IMG/VR virus record: IMGVR_UViG_3300020472_000028
Location: 1-57,590 of that record
Source of the DNA: a virus
Lineage: Duplodnaviria; Caudoviricetes
Direction: 5' to 3' (one strand)
Length of the DNA: 57,590 bases
Shown here: positions 51,301 through 57,590 of the stretch, in pieces
How the letters are laid out: the number at the start of each line of letters is the position of its first letter
Position numbering within the stretch: the first letter of the stretch is position 1
Made by a program: the position numbers and the translations under genes
The notes under the pieces: model-generated
Seen by the model: only the letters and a program-made list of their open reading frames with translations
What the model was told of the DNA's origin: nothing
The model's database searches: none

Positions 51301-54300
51301 GATTCTACAATTGTTAAGGATACAGAAGGATATCCTAATGTTATCCAGAGAGCAAATAATGACAGATACCTTGATGCTGCAAATATGATCTGGAATAACA
51401 GAGCAGTCATCGCTAAGGAATGTGTCAGTATAATGAATGACCTCTCCAAGTATGAGACTCTAAACATTCCTGGTGGTCATGTTAATTGTGAAGATGATGT
51501 CTTAGACATGATCGAAGCTATGGTACATGACATGCGTTTCGATTGTAACGAGAAGGTATGGGATGCTGCTGCACTATATGTTGAGACAGAAAACAATTCA
51601 CTTAAGCATATTGAGACTGAATATGAAGCATCTATAACTGTAGTTAAGATTCTAAGAGATATCCTAACCTGCACAATGCGTAATGCATTTGGTAGAGATT
51701 ATGATATGGCAGAGGATCTACAAACAAAACCAGTTCAAAGTTATAATCAGAATCCTAAAGATCTATTATTTGCTACTTGTGGTGATGCTATTGATGGAAA
51801 CATCAGATACATTTCAGAGCAAGCAGTTGCTGCTGGTTTAGTACAATTCCCTAACTTAGCAATTCCTGGTGGTCCTGTTAACTGTGTCCATGACGTTACT
51901 GACATACTCAGAGCAATGGTATTCAACCTCAAGTATGGTGGTACTAATATGCTTCAGTATGCATCTGAGTTCTATACCAATTATAATGGTAACTTAGATC
52001 ACGTTACTAATGCTTCTTCTGAGACTAACTGGATTATTAACAAAGCGAAGGAATATGCATTACGTGCAATGAAGGGTCAGGTAATCAGTAATGATGCTGG
52101 TTGGACTGTAGATCAAAGATTCTATGATGCTGTCCCAAGACCTACAACTTCATTGTTTAATTCTGATTTTGATGGATTAATAGAAGGAGAAAGTAATAAT
52201 ATTATCACTAGATCATTTAAAGCTGGAGAAGACAAGATCTCCACAACTGACAGTGGCACTGGTATAGTACCTGCTGAAGATGCTGTATTCCGTTGTGTTG
52301 TTAAGTTAGCATCTAGTCCTATAGATGGAGTAATCTTTGAAGCTGGTGGACCTACTGCTGGTGTATGGTTTGGTGTTAGAGATAGTGGCACATATTTAAG
52401 ACTTCGTGCTGGTGATGGATCTAATAGTTACGCTGGTGGTGCTGGTCACTCTGAGCAAGGTCTTGCAATGCTTGACTTACAGATCAGTAATCTAAGCACA
52501 TACTTTGATAATGGAGATCATGAATTAGTATGGCAGATTAACATTGGTGGTAACCAAGCTTCAGGTAAAGGTAAAGTCCAATTATGGATTGACGGTGTAT
52601 CTGTTGGTACTGCTGAAACACAAGGTGGTGGATATACTGGTTTAACTGGTGGAACTGGATTATGGGCAGATGCAGGTTATGCTGGATATGGAGTTGGAAA
52701 TTCTTCTACTGTTACTGGAGAATCATCACCTATTAACACATTTACTGTTAATGTTGGTCCTGCTCCTACTATCAAGTATGACTGCACACATGCTGCATAT
52801 GATTCCAGCACTGGTGACTTAATAATGAATGTTGGGTCACACAATCATACAGAGGGCACATTCCTTAGATTGACAACCAACTCCATTAACTTCACTTGTG
52901 ACCAAGATGGAAATGCTTCAACGCATTCTTATCCTAGATCTGGTGACCCTGCTGGTAATACTACTATTGAAGTATTAGAAACTTATGGTAGTGACCATAA
53001 GGCAACTGCTGGAACTTATACACCAGATACAGGTATTATGACCTTGACAATTCCTGGACACGGAATGTCAAACCATACAGTACATACTGCAAAGGATTGT
53101 GGATACGACCCTGATAGTGGAGTATTAAGAGTTAAGGTAGAAGATCATGGATTTAAGACTGGTGATCAAGTAAGGATCGAGAATGGATCTCTAATCTTTA
53201 CTTGTGCACAAGACAATCATACATCTAAGCATGGTTATCCTAGACAGAAAGACCCTGCTGGTGATCAGTGGTTGTTAGTTGAATCTGTTGAGAGTAAGGA
53301 TCTATTTACAGTTAATGTAGGATCTACTCCTAAAGTTGAGTATGATGTTTCTGGTGCTACTTACGATCAGAATACTGGTGAATTAGAAATGGACATCGGT
53401 CAGCACCGTTTTGTTGGTTCTAGCACCCATGTCGCATCTCATGCTGAATATACAGCTTCTACTGGTTGGTTGAAACTAACAGTAGCTGGACATAGGATTA
53501 CAGTAGGTGAGCAGATTCAGATCATGCAGAATAGCATGACATTTACTTGCTCAATGGATAACCATTATACTAATCATGTTTATCCAAGATCAACAGACCC
53601 TGCTACTCGTGAGTGGTTGGATGTTGTTGAGTCTGATATAGAGGGTGGTACATTTACTGTTAATGTCGGTGCCTCTCCAATTAAAGGTTTCACACCTACT
53701 GCTGCTACATTTAATTCTACTACTGGTGCTCTTACACTAACAATTGGATCACATAGTTTAGCAGTTGGAACACACATCAAACTGTCACAAGGAAGCTTGA
53801 CATTTACTTGTGATATGGATCTTCATGCTACCAAGCACAAGTATCCAAGAGCTAAAGATCCAGTACATAACGAGCCTATAGCAATCACTGGTGTTACTTC
53901 AGATACTATTACTGTTAATGTAGGTACAACACCACAAGTAGCATACACACCAACAAATGCAACATTTACTCCTAGTAATGGTCAATTAGTAATAACCACA
54001 GATAGAAAGCATACATTACGTCAGTCCAGTATCCATAGTATCTCTGGTGGTGAGTATAACGGTCAAACTGGTTTAATGAGATTAACCGTTGCTAACCACG
54101 GTTTCTCTGATGGTGACTACGTTAAGATTGCTGATGGTGGAGTAACATTCACTTGCTCAATGGATAACCATGCAACAACTCATGCTTATCCTAGAGCAAC
54201 AGATCAGATGAGTGGTAAGTGGATGGATGTTAGACATGCTTCTAAGGATTCATTCGATGTATTCGTAGGTAGGACACCTGCTATACCATTTACAATTTCT

Positions 54301-57300
54301 GCTGCTACTTTCACTCCTAATAACGGTCACTTAGTTGCTACTATTGGGGATCATGATCTAAGAAGAGGACAGAGTGTAAGATTAGCAACAGAATCTATTA
54401 ACTTCACATGTTTCTTAGATGCTAATAATAGTAATCACTACTATCCACGTCCTAATGGTAATGACCCATTCTATAACAAGAATATCGAAGTACTTTATGA
54501 CGGCACACCTCTAACTGCTACTGGTGGTACAACATATAATCCTACTACAGGTATAATGACCATCACTACTGCTAATCCTCATGGATTGCAAGAAGGTGAT
54601 GATGTTAAGTTCCTCCTTAATTCATTAGTATTCCGTTGTGATGAAGATGGTCAATCATCTGATCACTCCTATCCAAGAGCATCAGACCCATATGCAAATA
54701 GATGGCAACGTGTATTAGGTAGTAACTTAACTGCTAATACATTTGACGTACAAGTATTATCATATGCTCCTTCAACTAACACAACTACTCACGTATTCTC
54801 TGCTGCTGTTTCTAATGGAATTACTAAGAGAGACGGCACTATAACTCTTAATGTTGGTAACGGTGCTATCTCAGATCAGAGCGCACATACCTTCGTTCCT
54901 AATACTGGAATGACCCCAACAAATGTTAATCATAATCCTACTACAGGTGTTATGACAGTAACCATTGTTGGTCATGGAATGGAAAATGGTGACATGATTA
55001 AGATTGATAATTATGGCATATTATTAACATGTGCTATGGATGATCATCAGACTACTCATGCTTATCCTCGTCCTGGTGACCCTGCTTCTGGATCATGGTT
55101 GAAGATTCATGATGTAACTGCTGACACATTCGATGTTACAGTTAACACAGTTATACCTCAGAGTAATACAACAACTCACCTATTCTCTAGTGCTGTTGGT
55201 AACTGCATTACTAGAGCACAGATTGTAAGTGGTGGTGTTTATGATCATACTTACTCAACTTCTACTGTTGATTGCTTACGTCATGCTGGAGACTGTGTAA
55301 GGTTAGATGAAGCTGCAATCACAATGACATGTGATGCTGATAGTCATGGATCTAATCATTCATATCCTAGATCTGGTACAGTTCATACACCAACAGATGT
55401 ATCATATGATCCTAATTTAGGACATCTTAAGTTTACTGTTAATGATCACGGATTCCTTCCATACTCTTACGTTAAGATTGTTGACAACTCTTTAACATTC
55501 ACATGTGCTAAGGATGGTAATGCAAGTAATCATACATATCCTCGTCCTTCTGACCCTGTAAGTGGTAAGTGGATGATGATTCATGATGTTACTGCTAACA
55601 CATTTAACGTAGAAGTATTAGATGTAGTACCTTCTACAAATACTACAATCCATGCCTTTGTATCTGCTGATGCAAATTGTATTCATCATAAGAAGGATCA
55701 TTTCTACGATACAAATATTCCTATCTACGAAGTAGGTAAGACAGATCATAGTCCTACTAACGCTCAGTATAATCCTACTAATGGTACTATGACAATTACC
55801 ATGAGCAATAGCTTTGGTAACCATAGCACAATGACACCAACTGGTGCTACATTCTATCCTGCTACAGGTACCATGAGAATTGATCTTAATGGTCATAGCG
55901 TTAAGAATGGAGATATGTTACTCCTTCGGGATGGACACTTTACCTTCCAGTGTGAGCAAGATAGTAATGCAAGTAATCATGCATATCCAAGACCATCTGA
56001 CCCTGCAAGTAATAAGTGGTTGAAAGCATTTAATGTTGGTAGTAACTCATTCGATGTTAACGTAGGTAACTTCTTCGGTGAAGGTGCTATTTCAAACAAT
56101 ACAGTCCATCAACTTACATCCATCGGTACCGATGCCGTTTGGAAAGCAAATGATTTTGTAATGCTTGATGAGAATGCAGTTACATTCCAATGCACTAAGG
56201 ATAACAACGCTAGTAACCACTCTTATCCTAGAAGGACAGATCCTACATTTGGTAAGTGGTTACCTATCTCTAATGTAAGTAACAGTAGTTTCACTGTCCA
56301 TATAGGCAAGTCTGGTATTAACGATGTTTATGATCATACATTTGTTTCTTGGGAGAATCTCTCATTACATAGACAAACTGGTCAGATAACACTTGATATT
56401 GGTAATGGTCAGATTACTCACCCAACTTCTCATAACTTTATAAGTGCATTAGCTAATAGTCTGAAGGTAGGTGGTGCATATAACCACACATTCGTTGCAG
56501 ATGGTGAATCATATACACCAACTGATGCTAGTTACAATCCAACAACAGGTTGGATGACTGTTACTATTCCTAATCATGGGTTCATGGATGGAGAGAGTAT
56601 TAAGTTTAATACCAATTCAATAGTATTCACATGCTTACAAGATAGTAATCAGACTAATCATGCTTATCCTAGAAACAGTGACCCAGTAGGTAATCAATGG
56701 ATTGCTATTTCTAACGTAACTGATGATACCTTTGATGTTAAGGTACTTGATAATGCTCCATCAACCAACCAGACAGTTCACACATTTGTAAGTGCTCTAG
56801 AAGGTGCTGTTGTTAGAGCAACAGTTGCAACTGGTGGTAACTACACTCATAAGTTTATTGCTCCTGCACAACTTACTCCAACCAATGCTGCTTACAACCC
56901 AACAACAGGTGTAATGACACTTACTGTTGCTGATCACGGTCTTAAGAATGGTAGCAGGATTAAGGTAGAAGATGGATTTGTAACATTCACCTGCACACAG
57001 GATAGCGATCAATCTAATCACTCATATCCAAGGGCATCTGACCCATATAGTGATGAATGGATGACAGTTAAGAATGTAACTAAAGACACATTCACTATCC
57101 AAGTATTATTCAATATACCTTCTTCTAACACTACAACTCATTCATTTGTATCTGCTAGACCTCAGAGTATAACTGTTGCTACCTTGATGAAGGGTAATGA
57201 CAGTATCAAACTTGCTGCTGATGCTTTAACATTCACTTGCTCAATGGATGGTAATGGATCTGACCATACCTATCCAAGGACATCTGACCCTGCATATGAT

Positions 57301-57590
57301 AACTCACTTAGAATTATAGATGACGGTGTAACACGTCATACTCCAACTGCTGCTACCTACACACCATCTACAGGTGTATTGGCACTGACAGTATCCAAGC
57401 ATGGATTCTCAAATGGAGACTACATTAAGATTGAAGATTATGCTTTTGATATGTCTTGTGCAATGGATGATGGATCTAGCGACCATGCATATCCTAGAGG
57501 CACAGACCCTATTGCTGGTAAGTGGGTACAGATTTCTAACGTATCTACAGATGGTTTCCAAATCGATGTAGGCACAACTGCTGCTGTCCA
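36313..57590 (+). CDS. gp7: Giant gp7-like baseplate wedge initiator fused to a multi-domain fibre/adhesin (at least 7092 aa, 3'-truncated; missing from track)
   Basis: MPITKNINVSDRVENQLPEFIRHEDRQLVNFLFEYYKSQE N-terminus; IKNITDFYISKGT...YLFKILFGE; FYQNFSYVV...HPAGFNMFG. Immediately follows gp6. The frame reads open wherever checked, and the track lists no closed ORF in this frame. Confidence 0.88.
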   Translation, partial: MPITKNINVSDRVENQLPEFIRHEDRQLVNFLFEYYKSQEKTGRPYDILNNLLRYLDLDNYTSEQLDSSTSLLKDIGLYDGKIEIEGIDGFQERDGSIMIDNEVIYYENVTRGPDVIVTPGISYPQFNKKKQQLENPFTLFDGVQNTFALSFLGTPVAPPSAEHLIVTAYNTMMVPNVDYYVEGFNLRFQDPPRDQIGSDDSEFTSVTYLVGYSDQPIKTCDAIPYQEWQNTKFYPLRINQQSYTPTSEIGLVINKNGRLQEPYTDFTVFEDKVVFKNEIGAADAIHIRSVEYTPPSYGSGASAIAKVADDGTITALIPKTGGSKYRLDFAPKVAITSKTGKNSTARSLIGGIKDINLIDGGQGYTSFNPPIPVVAAPGNSNGTPARLSLTVNDTTGMVDTLTIIDSGSGYDFIPAISFKNPGGATIAPPTIDGEGRINIGTITVTTMGSGYSNAPVVYIDPAPIGGINAQAISKINQDGQVYEIQITNRGRGYTAPPRVQIVNPIGAQILDVTVASGSVTNIEMLTGGMGYTDAPSVYIVDDRKDGYGEPIGGTGALAEATIFNGEITDINITNFGSGYSTEFPPKIYIAEPKAARASVDVGFDEVTGFDILEDGSGYAPSAFLGCSRGVSGPVSYDNLHNEVYAGEAALRQSNHVAGAAVTNLDSLFIKEVFDKFRRQYLPTLDIDFGKVNPVQVIKNITDFYISKGTKLATQYLFKILFGEDVDLYYPKDEIISPSHATWVVDTILRAELIEGDSANLIDSEVNQYADDVDTSVTNASALIENVITIIEGTDTIYELAISEETLVGNFIIPYKTRLVEPLSTTGQIITVDSTIGWPERNGTIRINDVERVQYKEKSLNQFIECTRSKNDVIEDWDPGTIIQSDIFVYVNKDTAQECKLRILGIAEAGTTVLNDTGSYYLGGDKLKVANLGSTAEELRLQSWLYNVKKLIQVTTITPGGVNNQTATVVCGNPHGLLVSDQVTIYGANPVVYNGTFTVTSRIDQYTFSYQINTPTEILPAGNILLSVDLNRGKSDIDSINSVVSEFTTNIQNSFFNDEYVYVAASGLPNYKIGPFTGSALIPGNQRKLLRFPRVVQTISERKTIDPGTPVGSWVNGVSIWSYKSREFVQYGPLTSISVTNVGESYDAGAKPNVEITGGGGTGATAEVIVNGSLVSFDMTTEGTGYTESPLVSIVGGGGSGATAQAVITGGRVTRILVEQPGKNYTTQPLVSITGGGGSGATATANVRGPIQSVNVTNFGTGYTSLPAVKVNSGEGALAQPIVINGRIVSIAIINSGESYTTAPNIIINGDGFGAIAQATIGTIGEDKGRVLGVTITNKGIGYTQGLTTVRLEAVGQLASFTPAVYQWNKNLQYELESNFDFARGYVFTGYNNQFGGEYAHLSDPKELRYVVGDNVFLNPVTQLFQEVAANYEHSPIIGWAFDGNPIYGPYGYIDPTDQNSGIRRMRTSFKLKANVVFDAATNPNPARIDGPPIDTYAAGTFIDDYYYDFQSGDLDNYNGRFCKTPDFPEGIYAYFVTIDASDAGIAEFPYILGPQFNSLPDNWNFSQAATQENIPDGVVRYRDPYTDVDIDVDRQPNQEADVLTTEKEGYPIIFEIQDSNNDGLIDANEQQEILEMSEEATLQIYDYFPRVSAESRVDIEVETTTQFENAKIDGFVIENPGVSYQVNDTVFFDNEGTGGFGASAIIDSVKGQKITGYQKEIIGDRPYGKIVTEEGHELRQQDEIIVNSRPVIDNTNKTYRVKVVAGVERINIVQGGTGYNNDIPPTFELITASGKDAELSLILEGTGQINQVNIINSGNGYDADNPPQIRVSHPQQYKKTRYWITEYKEAAGQVAILDTKTTADRYTYICGSILEADGDQAAFLAKFDDLGQKVWERNLLPQVSGTKKAEFIKMHIDESLEDDVIYIVGQTYDPNNAAYNPDIWLGQYKSGFNNANAPDGILQWQKAIAGISGLSRRDWVTSLALDQEKRIYIAGYTDSNSIDPNDMWVIQCDLDGDLVEKRKIASANDSEMINQIHWISDDRFFFVGVNDQNDDCIFGVFFYDGANIEIEYIRQVPTVGGYVRNPQFIMDDYDDVVLIWDVYNGATQKFEKIQVNKFPIATANSAWTWSKTVTVSGNVDNINHAGINVDVFGNYSIVSDVQESENQRYAVIHYLKYDGTVIKETKVDDTVNIGFQAKAHSVDSSGDCIIAVDRRQSDQLASYRFNDDTDLDYDTTKQNLATLTLQSPSDASIDTAIQKFGAGSLKLSAACPVKLPAYNLTTKEWSFRAWMSMATAHHAGNNKPLLFDITPVAGDSIQVELDGDTTSGDYEKVCIYVNSVKVATSATATHWTTFAGAAWVHVTFQKREESLGLYQYEVFFNGNLIANFQNTSDISCADVTVAGKFSGPSTANSFIGWIDDLLVDDVAPYNGTYVIPTEEIGITTSISDSALIKFDRLHDKRDAYTLTGLTQYTNIAFTDIETPTTWTDVSGAALSNWIVGAGGLQILDMSQVVSTMNPGTYTFTNAKAEYGTKTSTVPSPLGKKLTITADVISKFYMRDALYQKIDNVLEFTFNQDIKLTKGSILQQYTNTASGQVVSAYGTIVNVPNADSLTNPGMGKKYQVGKIYGDFNDNDLFKTDAGDVNQIAGTYFNVEEPEIPWAAGTAVTTGDRKYYDKKIYQSQGTGTTGTIPPTHTSGVQSDGIINWAHIDDAGKFTVDLTQHPYPMPQYLDNDMPEWDSGKLYVVGQKVWHKLNVYVVGAGGAGVSGTTAPVHTTGAVSDGGVTWTHESTSESISSYARTLPYDLGANYTVQIVEIQPGSLYIPEDVVSINAGNITEAEDQKSVEISGFASVKKIRVTARLEKDILRSSEARTKYVYCTSNSAHNFASGSIIFTEGFQGDQFNGSFFIDQVIGSREYTFGIRATAVSDPAFNANAIANVNIYAKHPTLEFTRNHQYVFDVSDTSNFGYYLSFSQDNQYKLEYSFNNITRSGTPGIPLGGDNYPFVKFSVLGDVTNISYYFDPSRTGADSPVGDNSFIDVITTPFQGTFSVAEVLSDTEFRFQLDKEPERQNAEVGTDPFDNVYSYYSTTSVRAVGPINTIKLVSSGGFYQKLPIISDIASFRQVEKVVVNDGGTEYAVGVYYDVPIAGDGEGGKATITVEFDAEVGSGTITGAAVADPGKGYTIASIDIDSIPGILGNTLAGSGGSVTVVIPSEGSGASVFLTGTNIGKIKRLKNNEFGFGYSHDYTLKPEITFPVNLQLFNTSILSQIKITDPGSGYTSTPAVVIEGGGGSGADAEAIVKNNRLSEIIIKNSGAGYSSEPTVTLKSEFNYVVNLDLNYLQFNFPHGITTGAEVQFRADDVGSTEGELPKPSTAGLTSLVANQTYYAIAGEAAGLETDQLRFGLTLAAAQGGSYITFLTQGSGRQTLLTEVFGGKAVAVIETSRFLEGEEVFQGSATETSTARGKVSTNTGWQIGPKILKIVDYTGDWAEGEKVTGEISKASGVIDNFSIARGVLNIGSLTKTPGRFIDDVGKPSEIVQKIQDSFFYQNFSYVVQSEIPITEWKTQVLENNHPAGFNMFGQLQLTGGKDVSGRKIGTEFTKKVNINNYSNVNQITSFGAAQPIYTDYNNTEVLFRKKRLTSSEEILTSIVKKMDNIQDQFDGIKKQFPITVEGETVIVKQDQLMITLNGIIQSPGDSYQIVGGSLVFAEPPKPPSKVNYRIMGVTPTTIYRIALYQDGGGSNYGIFPTLGQQVQGAQSDTIATVIDSGTNHIDVINLTGTFQLNEQIKRGELFAALIETVTPLNSPTIFSFGEALTNLDGDTAYIEETNIDNQGNVTDRVVVSKTSGTPRFETGIFDFKLNEYIYSASSKIAGQITYIAPYTDPINNEVVDELIINKGTTFFGLLFERLVSLENPNVILDDISQSSITPTELYDSSQRINADFLNFEQVRTTEVTYSQLTGGTLTDGMVIRNKKAFYGNPVSTFHGIAANRYLDGKRNILNNKDEIIDFAEAAIAIDYPDYYFPSDVINNPWSRFKDSYRMIQKNKALIAGMAFDDMKTQYPSSSIPSDAKCKRDIEFLVDAISIDIYAGGNRYSRKFTQQFFDENGTFTYVSAQSAETRFAFEKARDRMKAAVANQYSGTVNAVNSGDSWTAYQDLTITADPSPGDAYGTAGSNASNTGVDNCSDVQAAITTLHEFINEALNNASLLDLPAESSGTYSPHQEKCRRDLGYMIDAIAADVGSGGNFNTVDFTKSFFDASGTPLTNGIVGEEAEAVHAFTAAGTLMHKAINNLMYWKDLSGVGYNLNDPTTYSGGVAPANSYDLNYASGNNQDIANCANVKSYIDTLRTIATTAMTAGNLTNVNALSVTDGTFQANETIRTTKIGYKDKSTGLFVMGDQIKGMTSGALFQSIGVNSGLKWLFAGPVTGTFQADEYITNSTLTFTNCTQSVIVKKAELSGSKSVFIPTNGALSSPASNNYAFGTGDFTIQGWFRPATNTTLQTLFDFRRLSAAQGLRIVQDVQAIKVYNGTTQMLTSGNVVTTTGTWMHIAVSRASGITQLYINGAQVGGNAADTNDYLYAALYVGQDFNGSTNWSGHVDNICIKKGVGDYTTGFTAPTQVDYSELNIVFGLDGEAPFILSTEEVYAKYSGQRSSATTSKRIDYSGLAIIAEDVDLGRQEYRDCADIIDLNGAYIAEEAVGRMKAAFSDFTIRGDVPAQNSYGGTDTCIRDTKDYILGALIKDLREGGNYHTIYTARTYLTVGGKLDFIGEEVLQSLYTWNEVIKLAKEIITTTSTTLTGTYTTRYRIPNNFSSPAGAAVLAEVDTLGNDLLKVIAPNDQRFREGGFQLWKNRDYIAEEVEGYLQDKYTATIDSVPFDFLEIPGTGSSGCQNDIKSYIIPAVIADLVTGGTYQCQSAIDKYLDSQKNILHVEHELSALNEAFEYTKMLAMKAVNNLLMSPGEVAASLLDNDGAALNAPGWAQEEYYAPIWTSKTAYRDSTIVKDTEGYPNVIQRANNDRYLDAANMIWNNRAVIAKECVSIMNDLSKYETLNIPGGHVNCEDDVLDMIEAMVHDMRFDCNEKVWDAAALYVETENNSLKHIETEYEASITVVKILRDILTCTMRNAFGRDYDMAEDLQTKPVQSYNQNPKDLLFATCGDAIDGNIRYISEQAVAAGLVQFPNLAIPGGPVNCVHDVTDILRAMVFNLKYGGTNMLQYASEFYTNYNGNLDHVTNASSETNWIINKAKEYALRAMKGQVISNDAGWTVDQRFYDAVPRPTTSLFNSDFDGLIEGESNNIITRSFKAGEDKISTTDSGTGIVPAEDAVFRCVVKLASSPIDGVIFEAGGPTAGVWFGVRDSGTYLRLRAGDGSNSYAGGAGHSEQGLAMLDLQISNLSTYFDNGDHELVWQINIGGNQASGKGKVQLWIDGVSVGTAETQGGGYTGLTGGTGLWADAGYAGYGVGNSSTVTGESSPINTFTVNVGPAPTIKYDCTHAAYDSSTGDLIMNVGSHNHTEGTFLRLTTNSINFTCDQDGNASTHSYPRSGDPAGNTTIEVLETYGSDHKATAGTYTPDTGIMTLTIPGHGMSNHTVHTAKDCGYDPDSGVLRVKVEDHGFKTGDQVRIENGSLIFTCAQDNHTSKHGYPRQKDPAGDQWLLVESVESKDLFTVNVGSTPKVEYDVSGATYDQNTGELEMDIGQHRFVGSSTHVASHAEYTASTGWLKLTVAGHRITVGEQIQIMQNSMTFTCSMDNHYTNHVYPRSTDPATREWLDVVESDIEGGTFTVNVGASPIKGFTPTAATFNSTTGALTLTIGSHSLAVGTHIKLSQGSLTFTCDMDLHATKHKYPRAKDPVHNEPIAITGVTSDTITVNVGTTPQVAYTPTNATFTPSNGQLVITTDRKHTLRQSSIHSISGGEYNGQTGLMRLTVANHGFSDGDYVKIADGGVTFTCSMDNHATTHAYPRATDQMSGKWMDVRHASKDSFDVFVGRTPAIPFTISAATFTPNNGHLVATIGDHDLRRGQSVRLATESINFTCFLDANNSNHYYPRPNGNDPFYNKNIEVLYDGTPLTATGGTTYNPTTGIMTITTANPHGLQEGDDVKFLLNSLVFRCDEDGQSSDHSYPRASDPYANRWQRVLGSNLTANTFDVQVLSYAPSTNTTTHVFSAAVSNGITKRDGTITLNVGNGAISDQSAHTFVPNTGMTPTNVNHNPTTGVMTVTIVGHGMENGDMIKIDNYGILLTCAMDDHQTTHAYPRPGDPASGSWLKIHDVTADTFDVTVNTVIPQSNTTTHLFSSAVGNCITRAQIVSGGVYDHTYSTSTVDCLRHAGDCVRLDEAAITMTCDADSHGSNHSYPRSGTVHTPTDVSYDPNLGHLKFTVNDHGFLPYSYVKIVDNSLTFTCAKDGNASNHTYPRPSDPVSGKWMMIHDVTANTFNVEVLDVVPSTNTTIHAFVSADANCIHHKKDHFYDTNIPIYEVGKTDHSPTNAQYNPTNGTMTITMSNSFGNHSTMTPTGATFYPATGTMRIDLNGHSVKNGDMLLLRDGHFTFQCEQDSNASNHAYPRPSDPASNKWLKAFNVGSNSFDVNVGNFFGEGAISNNTVHQLTSIGTDAVWKANDFVMLDENAVTFQCTKDNNASNHSYPRRTDPTFGKWLPISNVSNSSFTVHIGKSGINDVYDHTFVSWENLSLHRQTGQITLDIGNGQITHPTSHNFISALANSLKVGGAYNHTFVADGESYTPTDASYNPTTGWMTVTIPNHGFMDGESIKFNTNSIVFTCLQDSNQTNHAYPRNSDPVGNQWIAISNVTDDTFDVKVLDNAPSTNQTVHTFVSALEGAVVRATVATGGNYTHKFIAPAQLTPTNAAYNPTTGVMTLTVADHGLKNGSRIKVEDGFVTFTCTQDSDQSNHSYPRASDPYSDEWMTVKNVTKDTFTIQVLFNIPSSNTTTHSFVSARPQSITVATLMKGNDSIKLAADALTFTCSMDGNGSDHTYPRTSDPAYDNSLRIIDDGVTRHTPTAATYTPSTGVLALTVSKHGFSNGDYIKIEDYAFDMSCAMDDGSSDHAYPRGTDPIAGKWVQISNVSTDGFQIDVGTTAAV
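48283..52080 (+). repeat. Six helical C-x-x-D...D...GG repeats within gp7
   Basis: KCKRD, KCRRD, TCIRD, GCQND, NCEDD and NCVHD units. Confidence 0.75.
52780..57590 (+). repeat. 16 copies of a C-x2-D-x5-H-x-Y-P-R beta repeat within gp7
   Basis: Counted by hand, from FTCDQDGNASTHSYPRSGDP (52891) to MSCAMDDGSSDHAYPRGTDP (57451). Confidence 0.85.

Noticed and set aside
242-57021. Numerous short minus-strand and alternate-frame ORFs in the track
   Set aside because: They overlap well-supported + strand genes (many lie inside the giant gp7 ORF) and show no recognisable motifs; treated as shadow ORFs.
36313-57590. Intein or intron as the cause of the giant ORF
   Set aside because: No splice-junction or homing-endonuclease motifs were recognised; the length is explained by structural repeats.

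Overview
AT-rich segment of a T4-like marine cyanomyovirus genome (Kyanoviridae-type, probably a Prochlorococcus/Synechococcus phage; the assignment rests on gene content, not a database search). Essentially all real genes are on the + strand. Layout: (1) 1-7118, a tail-fibre/structural block including three tandem glycine-rich paralogues; (2) 7142-15950, an enzyme island with two tandem flavin-dependent (tryptophan-halogenase-like) enzymes, several Fe(II)/2-oxoglutarate oxygenases, a JmjC/cupin protein and purC; (3) 16564-19010, two beta-class amino DNA methyltransferases flanking a possible PD-(D/E)xK nuclease; (4) about 19000-27440, a small-ORF early region with a repeated palindrome-plus-Pribnow-box promoter element, an SF2 helicase and a candidate 89-nt structured RNA; (5) about 26800-27775, a largely non-coding zone with DnaA-box-like 9-mers, divergent sigma70 promoters and inverted repeats (candidate origin); (6) 27776-end, a baseplate module (NlpC/P60-like, large virion protein, PAAR, gp25, gp6) and a giant gp7-like ORF of at least 7092 codons. 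That ORF is absent from the supplied track because it has no stop inside the window, and its repeats appear to be nested inside one another.
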